Source: Vicinamibacterales bacterium (GTDB lineage Bacteria > Acidobacteriota > Vicinamibacteria > Vicinamibacterales > UBA2999). Taken from it: 64,000 nucleotides of DNA. This document shows, piece after piece, positions 56,199-63,634 of the stretch (positions are counted from its first letter, which is position 1; every line of letters begins with the position of its first letter). Position numbers and translations under genes: made by a program. The notes beneath the pieces are model-generated. The model was not told the origin of the DNA. It made no database searches and was given only the letters and a program-made list of their open reading frames with translations. The stretch spans positions 2,528,088 to 2,592,087 of the forward strand of contig CBDHFM010000030.1 of assembly GCA_965262505.1 (NCBI GenBank), read 5' to 3'.

Positions 56199-57660
56199 CA
56201 GCCCGTGGTGAAAGTCGAGATTAGGGATCGACACGATCGATCCCGCGTACTACACTGCCGCGCATGGCCATGGGGAAACGCCGTCGCCGTGCGGGGCAGA
56301 AGACGATGTGGGTGGCGAGCGCCGATCTGCCGCAGAGCGCGGGGCACCCGTTTTACCAGCGACTGAATCGCGTTCTCGACGACGCGGGCTTTGACGCGTT
56401 CGTCGAGGCGCAGTGCGCCAAGTTCTATGCCGACGGGGTCGGCCGACCGAGCTTGGCGCCGGGCCGCTACTTCCGGCTGTTGCTGCTCGGCTACTTTGAA
56501 GGCCTGGACTCGGAGCGCGCGATCGCGTGGCGCGCCGCCGACTCGCTGAGCATCCGCCACTTTCTGGACTTCGAGCTGCACGAGGCGCCGCCGGACCATT
56601 CGACGCTGTCGCGCGCGCGGCGGTTGATCGATGTGGAGACGCACCAAGCAGTATTTACGTGGGTGCTGCAGCAGCTGGCCGACGCGCAGCTCGTGCTGGG
56701 GCGGACGCTCGGCATCGATGCGACGACGCTGGAGGCCAATGCGGCGATGCGGAGCATCGTGCGCCGGGACACGGGCAAGGAGTACGAGGCGTGGCTGACC
56801 CAGCTCGCCGAGGCGTCCGGGATCGCCACCCCGACCCGCGCCGAGCTGGCCCGGTTTGATCGGAAGCGCAAGAAGAAGGGGTCCAACGACGACTGGACGC
56901 ACCCGCAGGATCCGGACGCGAAGATCACGAAGCTGAAGGACGGGCGCACGCACCTCGCGCACAAAGCCGAGCACGCGGTGGACCTGGAGACGGGCGCGGT
57001 CGTCAGCGTCACGGTGCAGGACGCCGACGACGGGGACACGACGACGATGGTGGAGACCCTCATCACCGCCGCCGAACGACTCGCGGTGGTGGCCGACGCC
57101 GGCCTCGCCGAGATCGTGGGCGACAAGGGGTATCACAGCAATCAGACGCTGACCGAGTTTGTCGACATCGGGCTGCGCAGCTACATCTCGGAACCGGACC
57201 GCGGGCGCCGCAACTGGAAGGGGAAGGCCGACGCCCGAGCCGCCGTATATGCCAACCGGCGACGGATTCGGGGCGCCCGCGGGCAACGCCTGTTGCGGCA
57301 GCGCGGCGAACGGCTTGAACGTCCCAATGCCCATCTCTACGAAACCGGAGGAATGCGCCGGGTGCATCTGCGCGGACATCCCAACATCTTGAAACGCGTG
57401 TTGGTGCACGTCTGTGGGTTCAATCTCGGATTGCTCATGCGGCAGCTGACGGGGGTCGGTACGCCGCGGAGCCTCCAAGGCCGCGCGGCAGCCGTGCTGG
57501 AGGCCCTGACCGCTGCTCTCAGCCGCCTCTGGACTCTCGCAGCGCCTTCCTGGCCGCTCGATGCGCCAGACCGGCCGAATTCGTCGAGTATCGACGCTCG
57601 GACGCGGTGTCACGAACTCCTATCCATCGATTCGCGAATCGGTGCTTCTGCCACGGGCTG
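56199..57660 (+). mobile_element. IS1182-like insertion sequence, type b, 1462 bp
   Basis: Termini CAGCCCGTGG.. / ..CCACGGGCTG, the same 10-nt tips as type a. Abuts CTAG on both sides (56195-98, 57661-64). Confidence 0.85.
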
Positions 57661-57664
57661 CTAG
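56264..57664 (+). CDS. IS1182-like DDE transposase (about two-thirds identical to type a by eye)
   Basis: 466 aa with the same block structure as 35743..37137. The last sense codon and the TAG stop (57662-64) use bases of the flanking CTAG. Confidence 0.85.
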   Translation: MAMGKRRRRAGQKTMWVASADLPQSAGHPFYQRLNRVLDDAGFDAFVEAQCAKFYADGVGRPSLAPGRYFRLLLLGYFEGLDSERAIAWRAADSLSIRHFLDFELHEAPPDHSTLSRARRLIDVETHQAVFTWVLQQLADAQLVLGRTLGIDATTLEANAAMRSIVRRDTGKEYEAWLTQLAEASGIATPTRAELARFDRKRKKKGSNDDWTHPQDPDAKITKLKDGRTHLAHKAEHAVDLETGAVVSVTVQDADDGDTTTMVETLITAAERLAVVADAGLAEIVGDKGYHSNQTLTEFVDIGLRSYISEPDRGRRNWKGKADARAAVYANRRRIRGARGQRLLRQRGERLERPNAHLYETGGMRRVHLRGHPNILKRVLVHVCGFNLGLLMRQLTGVGTPRSLQGRAAAVLEALTAALSRLWTLAAPSWPLDAPDRPNSSSIDARTRCHELLSIDSRIGASATGC

Positions 57665-59093
57665 TACTACTTTGTCAGATTGACGAATTGCCGAGTGGAT
57701 TCGAGAGTGATCACTTTTGAGGGCATTGTACAAATTCCGCGAGTTCGATACGCTGCCGTGCGGTGCTCGATCACACCGCGACCGCGTGGCTCCGTCGGTT
57801 GCTGGCCTGGCTGGAGCCGTTCGAGGCCGGCTTCGGGCGCGCCAGTCAACGCGGCGCGTTGCGGCGCTACGTCGCCGGGTTGCTCAACGACAGTTGCCGC
57901 AAGTCCATGGAGGCGATGTGGGCGCGGTTGAGCGACCCCGGGACCTATCAGGCGTTCCAGCACTTCATCACGCATGCGCCGTGGGACGCCGAGACGGTGT
58001 GGAAGCAGCTGCGGGCGCGGGTCCCGGAGCGGACCGGCGTGTTGATCCTCGACGGCACCAGTTTTCCCAAGCAAGGGACCGCGTCGGTCGGCGTGGCGCG
58101 GCAATACTGCGGGGCACGCGGGAAAATCGCGAACTGCCAAACGGCCGTCACGGTGGCCCTGTGGACGGGGACGCGCGCCTGGATGCTGGGCGCGCAGCTC
58201 TATCTGCCGGAGACGTGGCTCACCGCTGCCCAACGGACCCGCGCCCGCATTCCCGCCGGCGTGCGCTTTCAGCCCAAGGGGCAATTGGCCCTCACGCTGC
58301 TGCGACAAGTACGCGCCGCGGGCGTGACGGTGACCGCCGTGTTGGGGGATGCCGAGTTCGGCGACAACGCCACGCGGCGGCGAACGCTGCATCGGGCCAA
58401 ACTGTCCTACGCGTTGGGGGTGTCGTCCGATCTCAAGGTCTTCCGTGGAACGCCGGCCCTCGAGACGCCGCCGCCGCCGACGGGCCGCGGCCGTCCGCGC
58501 ACGCGGCACGGCCTACCGGTCGGTACACAGACCGTCGAAGCGCGGGCCTGGGCCGCCACGCAAGCGCCTCGCCAGTGGCGGCTCGTGTCGTGGCGCAACG
58601 GCACGCATCCCCCGTGGCGCGCCCGCTTCTGTGCCGTACGGGTCACGCCCGCCCACGACTGGCGCGAGGGCCGACGGCTCGCCCCCGAGGTGTGGTTGTT
58701 GTGTCAACGCGACCTCGGCGCAACGCCTGTCACCAAGTACTACTTGGTCGATCTGCCCGCCACCACCGCGCTGCGCGGCCTCGTGCGCCTCGCGCATCAG
58801 CGCTGGGCGATCGAGCAGCAATACCAGGAGCTCAAGGACGAGATTGGGCTCGACCACTTCGAAGGCCGCAGCCTGCCGGGCTGGCAACGTCACATGGCGC
58901 TGACCGCCCTCGCCTACAGCTTTCTCCAGATGGAACGCCGCCGACGGGGACAGACACATCTCACGCTGCCGCGCGTCCGCGCCATCATCCAGGAAGTGCT
59001 GACCGCCCATTTCTTCATGACGCAACCGCACTACCTGAAGTGGATGCTCAAGCTCAAAGACGTCAAACTGCAAATCTGACAAAGTAGTACTAG
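57661..59093 (+). mobile_element. IS701-family insertion sequence, copy C (inverted relative to A and B)
   Basis: Perfect 20-bp terminal repeats. The terminal CTAG at 59090-93 is shared with the IS630-like junction. Confidence 0.9.
57763..59079 (+). CDS. IS701-family DDE transposase
   Basis: 438 aa; L->R (DNATRRRT) relative to copies A and B. Confidence 0.9.
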   Translation: MLDHTATAWLRRLLAWLEPFEAGFGRASQRGALRRYVAGLLNDSCRKSMEAMWARLSDPGTYQAFQHFITHAPWDAETVWKQLRARVPERTGVLILDGTSFPKQGTASVGVARQYCGARGKIANCQTAVTVALWTGTRAWMLGAQLYLPETWLTAAQRTRARIPAGVRFQPKGQLALTLLRQVRAAGVTVTAVLGDAEFGDNATRRRTLHRAKLSYALGVSSDLKVFRGTPALETPPPPTGRGRPRTRHGLPVGTQTVEARAWAATQAPRQWRLVSWRNGTHPPWRARFCAVRVTPAHDWREGRRLAPEVWLLCQRDLGATPVTKYYLVDLPATTALRGLVRLAHQRWAIEQQYQELKDEIGLDHFEGRSLPGWQRHMALTALAYSFLQMERRRRGQTHLTLPRVRAIIQEVLTAHFFMTQPHYLKWMLKLKDVKLQI

Positions 59094-60558
59094 TACCTCG
59101 CCGCAGTGGATCTGACCGGTTCACGCGGCGGCTTTGGCCCGACCAGCGGGTTGCGGATACACACGGCCGAGCTTTTCGCGAGCACGGTCGACTGTAAACA
59201 TCCAGTGGATGCGCGCCTTCTCGTCATTGCGCCGTTGCTCCCATGCCGCGATCTCCTTGATGAGGATCGCCTTGGCAGGGATCCGACGATCGAGGCACTG
59301 CTTGACCATCACGCCGATTTCGATCTCGACCATGTTGAGCCAGCTGGCGTGTTTCGGCGTGAAGTGAAACTCGAGCCGACGGAGAATCCGTCGTGCCTCG
59401 GCGGGATCGAAGGCGTGGTAGAGCGCTGCCGCTGAATGTGCCGAAAGATTGTCGAGCACCACACGGATCCGTTCGGCCTCCGGGTAGTGCTCATCGACGA
59501 GATCGCGCATGCACTCTGCGAAGTCGACGCACGTGCGTTGGTCGGTGACCTTGGCATGTCGCCAGGAGCGATTCACGTCTACGAACATGAAGACATTCGC
59601 CGTGCCGTTGCGCACGTACTCGTAGTCGACTCGTCTGGGCTTCCCGGGCTTGGCCCGAATCGGGACACGCGCTTCGCCGATCAGTTGCCGGGGTGTTTCA
59701 TCGAAGCCGACGACCGGTCGCCGCGGATCCGGCGGCTCGGCGTAGAGATCGAGGACGTCTTCCATTCGCGCCACGTACTCGGCGTTGACCGTCGGAATGC
59801 ACCACATCTTCTCCTGCCACGGCTTCAGCGCCATCTCGGCAAGCCGGCGACCCACCGTGTCGCCCGACAGGGCCTCGTGCGAGGTGAGTCGCACCATCTC
59901 GCGGGCCAGGAGATCCAGTGTCCATCGCGCACGCCCGGAGGGTGGATGTGAGCAAGCGACCGCGACCAGGAGGGCTTCATCGCTGGCGCCGAGCTTGCGC
60001 GGCGCGCCGGGACGGGGCACTTCGCGGAGCGCTCGGTCCAGTCCTTCCTCGACGAAGCGTTGCTTGGTCCGGTACACGGTCGACGTGCCGACACCAACGT
60101 TGAGCGCGATCATCTCGTCGGTGGATGTGGCGTCCGCGGCGAGGAGAATCTGCGCCCGCTTGATCTTGCGAACCGCCCCCTGGCCGCCGCTCACAAGCGC
60201 CTGAAGCTGTTGCTGTTCATCGTAGGTCAGCGTGATGCGATAGCGTATGTGCATGGACATCTTGGATCACCTTCCCGATCCCGTGTCCAGCCGTTCATCA
60301 CCGAGATTCACCCAGAAGCAGGGCCAGTACCTAGCCTTCCTCTACACGTACACGCTCCTTCACCGAACGCCACCGGCCGAAGCGGACTTCCAACGGTTCT
60401 TTCAGGTCACGCCCCCGGCCGTCCACCACATGACCGTCGAGCTTGAGCGGCGCGGTCTGATCAGTCGGGTTCCACGCCAACCCCGGACGATCAAGCTGTT
60501 GTTGTCGGCAGAGGAACTACCCTCGTTGCAACCGATCAAAACCACTGCGGCAAGGTAC
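59093..60558 (-). mobile_element. IS630-family-like insertion sequence carrying a passenger ORF, 1466 bp
   Basis: 17-bp terminal inverted repeats: GTACCTCGCCGCAGTGG (59093-59109) and the reverse complement of CCACTGCGGCAAGGTAC (60542-60558), one mismatch. TA at 59091-92 and 60559-60. The outer bases C and G recreate a CTAG target. Confidence 0.8.
59121..60260 (-). CDS. IS630-family DDE transposase
   Basis: 379 aa. N-terminal HTH (GVGTSTVYRTKQRF), then FDETPRQL, VLDNLSAHS and TPKHASWLNMVEIE, a DDE/D pattern typical of IS630/Tc1-like enzymes. Confidence 0.85.
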   Translation of the reverse strand: MSMHIRYRITLTYDEQQQLQALVSGGQGAVRKIKRAQILLAADATSTDEMIALNVGVGTSTVYRTKQRFVEEGLDRALREVPRPGAPRKLGASDEALLVAVACSHPPSGRARWTLDLLAREMVRLTSHEALSGDTVGRRLAEMALKPWQEKMWCIPTVNAEYVARMEDVLDLYAEPPDPRRPVVGFDETPRQLIGEARVPIRAKPGKPRRVDYEYVRNGTANVFMFVDVNRSWRHAKVTDQRTCVDFAECMRDLVDEHYPEAERIRVVLDNLSAHSAAALYHAFDPAEARRILRRLEFHFTPKHASWLNMVEIEIGVMVKQCLDRRIPAKAILIKEIAAWEQRRNDEKARIHWMFTVDRAREKLGRVYPQPAGRAKAAA

Positions 60559-60561
60559 TAG
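60253..60561 (+). CDS. Small winged-helix protein resembling the LexA N-terminal DNA-binding domain, passenger ORF of the IS630-like element
   Basis: FTQKQGQYLAFLYTYTLLHRTPPAEADFQRFFQVTPPAVHHMTVELERRGLISRVPRQPRTIKLL follows the LexA-DBD pattern (LTxRQ..L.FI....G.PP...EI......S...V..HL..LE.KG.I.R....R.I.L). Possible starts at 60247 or 60253. The stop TAG at 60559-61 lies outside the IS. Confidence 0.5.
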   Translation: MDILDHLPDPVSSRSSPRFTQKQGQYLAFLYTYTLLHRTPPAEADFQRFFQVTPPAVHHMTVELERRGLISRVPRQPRTIKLLLSAEELPSLQPIKTTAARY

Positions 60562-60615
60562 GGCCAGCATGCCGGCGGCCAATGTGGAGAACGCGACGCG
60601 GTAATAACGAATCAT
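60562..60615 (-). pseudogene. OmpA-family protein, displaced 5' end (18 codons of signal peptide)
   Basis: Minus strand: ATG ATT CGT TAT TAC CGC GTC GCG TTC TCC ACA TTG GCC GCC GGC ATG CTG GCC = MIRYYRVAFSTLAAGMLA. The ATG overlaps the stop of the upstream gene (ATGA). Confidence 0.75.
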
Positions 60616-61436
60616 TGAAGGCTCCCATCGGGGTTGAAGATCTCGCCAATCGTTAGAGTTGTCTCACGGCGATAGGTCTGCCCCAGGACCCGGCCGCCGA
60701 CATCACTCACCGCCGTGAGGACGTCGGTCTGCTGATCGTATTCGAGCGTCATGGTCAGCTTACCGATGGACATGCTCGCGCAGTTGTTGCACGTGACGTC
60801 GACGTCGGCGCCCGGGCACCGGATGGCGATTGGCACCATGTCGGTGCGGAAGTTCGCCCGCAGCGTGAACGGCCCGACCGGCTGGGACGGTGAGCCGCCG
60901 CTGCTTTGCACGTAGATGTCCGAGCGCACGGCGCCGCTGAACACCGCGGACTCCCGGCAGGGCGTCACCCCGAGTCCGGCTGGCAGCGGCGGCAGGGACA
61001 AGCCGCAGGTGGGGGCGGCGGCCGCGCCCTCGATGCAGAACTTCTCGGTGAGCCACTCCTCCTGCGCCATGACGCCTGCGACCGTGGCATCCGACTCGAA
61101 CACGGCAGCCGGGAGGATCTGGAGCCTCTTGCCGGCCACGTTGCCGATGAGCGCGTTCGTGCCGAACTGGATCTGCTGGCTCACCAGTATCCAGGTGCCG
61201 AGCAGTTCCGAGAGGTCGGGGACGACGCAGGGGCCAAGGCCGCCGAAGTCGCTGTCATAGAGATAACCGAGATCCCAGCCCATCGAGATCGCGGTGAAGG
61301 CCACACCCGGCGAGCAGGTGGCACTCGATAGCACTCCTTCGTATGGGTTCTGGCCGGCCTGTGCTGGCCGCACCGATCCCAGCGCGAGTACGCTCACCAC
61401 GACGGCAACCCCAAGCGCGCGCAAACGGACTGTCAT
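60612..61436 (-). CDS. Secreted cysteine-containing protein of unknown function
   Basis: 274 aa. Signal peptide MTVRLRALGVAVVVSVLALGSVRPAQA/GQ; 8 Cys in the mature part; no motif recognised. Confidence 0.65.
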   Translation of the reverse strand: MTVRLRALGVAVVVSVLALGSVRPAQAGQNPYEGVLSSATCSPGVAFTAISMGWDLGYLYDSDFGGLGPCVVPDLSELLGTWILVSQQIQFGTNALIGNVAGKRLQILPAAVFESDATVAGVMAQEEWLTEKFCIEGAAAAPTCGLSLPPLPAGLGVTPCRESAVFSGAVRSDIYVQSSGGSPSQPVGPFTLRANFRTDMVPIAIRCPGADVDVTCNNCASMSIGKLTMTLEYDQQTDVLTAVSDVGGRVLGQTYRRETTLTIGEIFNPDGSLQ

Positions 61437-61593
61437 CGGTATCTCCTCGTGGCGCGCGGGAAGCGGTGTGCTCCACGCAGCGGCCGCCTGAGATTGCCTG
61501 AAAACCAGGCGACGGTCAAGAATAGCGAGGCGCCGCGTCGATGCTGCGGTCCCGGTAGCCGGGGCTTACGCCCCGCCGACGTAAGATCGTCTG

Positions 61594-61944
61594 ATGCCGA
61601 CTTCAGAAGAACTCATCGAGCTGGCCAACGAGTGCGCGTCGAAGCTGGAGCTCGACGGCACACTCAGGCACGTGCCGTCCTTCTCGGACACCGAAGAGCA
61701 GTGCGAGGCGGAATACGAGGAGCTGCTACAGGCGATCCACGAGGACGATCTGTTCGCGACCGTCGACATCCAGCGGCAGGAGGAGCTCGTGGAGCTGATC
61801 GCGGCGGCGCTGCCGGAGGACACGCGCATGCTGATCGTCGAGCTCGCCGATAATCACGCCCGCCACGTCTGGATGCAGCAGGAGGGGGCCTACCACCTCG
61901 GCCTCGCCGTGGGCCGGAGGCTGCGGCTGCGGCGAGAGAACTGA
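61594..61944 (+). CDS. Acidic hypothetical protein
   Basis: 116 aa, Glu/Asp-rich, no motif recognised. GC-rich third-position codon usage is like the neighbouring genes. Confidence 0.45.
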   Translation: MPTSEELIELANECASKLELDGTLRHVPSFSDTEEQCEAEYEELLQAIHEDDLFATVDIQRQEELVELIAAALPEDTRMLIVELADNHARHVWMQQEGAYHLGLAVGRRLRLRREN

Positions 61945-61980
61945 AGCAAATCCCAAATCCCGAACTCCAAGTCCCAACCG

Positions 61981-62928
61981 GTGTCCCTTTCGTTCCTGCA
62001 TTACGACGTCTTCACACAGGAGCCGCTGGCCGGTAACCAGCTTGCGGTGTTCGTTGATGCCCGAGGCCTCGCCGCCGACCGCATGCAGGCGCTCGCGCTC
62101 GAGATGAACTTCTCGGAGAGCACGTTCATCCTGCCGTCCGAGACGGCCGGTACCGACGTCCGGATGCGGATCTTCACGCCCGCTACGGAAATGCCGATGG
62201 CGGGGCACCCGACGATCGGCAGTACGTTCGCGCTGGCCCACACCGGGCTGATACGGCCGGGCCTGCCTCGCTTCGTGTTCGGATTGGGTGTCGGCCCGAC
62301 GCCTGTCGATCTCGAGTGGGAGGGAGAGCGGCTGCGGTTTGCGTGGATGACGCAGCTCAATCCGACGTTCGGGCCAGAGCTGCTCGGGCCAGAGCTGCTC
62401 GGGGCAGCGCTGCCCGGACCGTCGCTGGACGCGCGCGCGGCGGCGGCCGCCGCGATAGGCCTTGGCGCACCGGACCTTGCCCCAGAACTTCCCGTGCAGC
62501 AGGTGTCGTGCGGCGTGCCCTACCTGATCGTGCCGCTCCGCAGCCCGGAGGCCGTGGACAAGGCGGCGAGCGACGCGGCTGCCCTCCGCCGGCTCGCGGC
62601 GTCGACCGCGATCGACCTGCCGGTCTTCCTCTTCGCCATGTTGCCGAGTGGTTCGGCCGGCACGGTCTACAGCCGCATGTTCGCCCCGGCGCTCGACGTC
62701 ACCGAGGACCCTGCGACCGGCAGCGCCAGCGGGCCGCTCGGTTGCTACCTCGTTCGTCATCGTCTCGTCTCTGGCGATGCCGCGCTGCGCATCATCAGTG
62801 TGCAGGGGGTGGCGATGGGTCGCCCGAGCCGTATCCACGTCTCGATCGCCTCGCGGTCAGACGAGATTGTGGAGGTCAAGGTCGGAGGCCAGGCCGTGCT
62901 CGTCGGCCGCGGCGAGTTGCTGGTCTGA
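61981..62928 (+). CDS. PhzF-family isomerase-like protein
   Basis: GNQLAVFVD, MNFSESTFILP, RIFTPATEMPMAGHPTIGS and the second-half pattern DPATGSASGPLGCYL. Confidence 0.8.
   Translation: MSLSFLHYDVFTQEPLAGNQLAVFVDARGLAADRMQALALEMNFSESTFILPSETAGTDVRMRIFTPATEMPMAGHPTIGSTFALAHTGLIRPGLPRFVFGLGVGPTPVDLEWEGERLRFAWMTQLNPTFGPELLGPELLGAALPGPSLDARAAAAAAIGLGAPDLAPELPVQQVSCGVPYLIVPLRSPEAVDKAASDAAALRRLAASTAIDLPVFLFAMLPSGSAGTVYSRMFAPALDVTEDPATGSASGPLGCYLVRHRLVSGDAALRIISVQGVAMGRPSRIHVSIASRSDEIVEVKVGGQAVLVGRGELLV
62371..62400. repeat. In-frame 15-bp tandem duplication inside the PhzF-like gene
   Basis: GGGCCAGAGCTGCTC x2 (encodes GPELLGPELL), followed by a degenerate third copy GGGGCAGCGCTGCCC (62401-62415). 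Confidence 0.8.
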
Positions 62929-62962
62929 ATGCGGTTCGACCCACGAGGGCGGCGGAGCCGGT

Positions 62963-63616
62963 TCAGTTCGTGCGGTAGAGCGCCAGGACGCGCTCGATGT
63001 CGTTCGGTGAGAGTCCCGGCACCCCGGAGATCTCGTCGCGTCTCTCCAGCCGCGCGCGATAGCGGTTGAAGAACGCGGGGATGTCGCCGCCATACCCGAA
63101 GAAATACATGATGTCGCTGAAGTCGTCGGTATGCGGGAGGCCCAGCGCGTGCCCCAGTTCATGCAGGCACGTGAGGTAGACGATCGTGTCGCGGAACAGC
63201 GGGTCGAGCCGGGCCTGGCTGGCAATCTCGCCGCCCAGGGCGTCGGTATCGGGACGGACGTACACGGCGGCGCCACGGCGCCCATTGACGGTCAGCGGTC
63301 GCATCTCACCGTATTGCCCCGCCGCGGCAGGAACCCAGTGGACGCGGACCAGGGCGTCTTGCTCGCGTGAAGGTTCGAACCGAAGCGCGCCGCCCAGACT
63401 CCGTTCCCACGCTCCGAGCGCCCAGGTCGCCAGGTCCCGGTCGGACGGGCGGTACTCCGATCCCGGCTCCCCATCGGCGATGAAGTAGGTCACGCGTCCA
63501 GTGGCGTCGATCGGCTCCAGTGACCGCGACGATTGTGCCGACGGCACCGCATAGAAGACGACGCCGGCGACCAGCGCGAACGTCACCAGAGGGAGGCTGC
63601 GCAAGGGCATGCACAT
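62963..63616 (-). CDS. Metzincin-type zinc metalloprotease (matrixin/M10-like) with N-terminal signal/anchor
   Basis: HELGHALGLPH is the HExxHxxGxxH motif. I trimmed the N-terminus to MCMPLRSLPLVTFALVAGVVF (63616); the longer listed ORF runs antisense into the ABC-F gene. Confidence 0.75.
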   Translation of the reverse strand: MCMPLRSLPLVTFALVAGVVFYAVPSAQSSRSLEPIDATGRVTYFIADGEPGSEYRPSDRDLATWALGAWERSLGGALRFEPSREQDALVRVHWVPAAAGQYGEMRPLTVNGRRGAAVYVRPDTDALGGEIASQARLDPLFRDTIVYLTCLHELGHALGLPHTDDFSDIMYFFGYGGDIPAFFNRYRARLERRDEISGVPGLSPNDIERVLALYRTN

Positions 63617-63634
63617 AAGATATCCCTTGATCAC

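Noticed and set aside
54766-59093. The inverted IS701 copies B and C flanking a 1.46-kb segment look like a composite transposon
   Set aside because: The cargo is itself a complete IS1182-like element with its own terminal repeats, abutting CTAG on both sides. Sequential insertion into regenerated CTAG sites explains the structure more simply.
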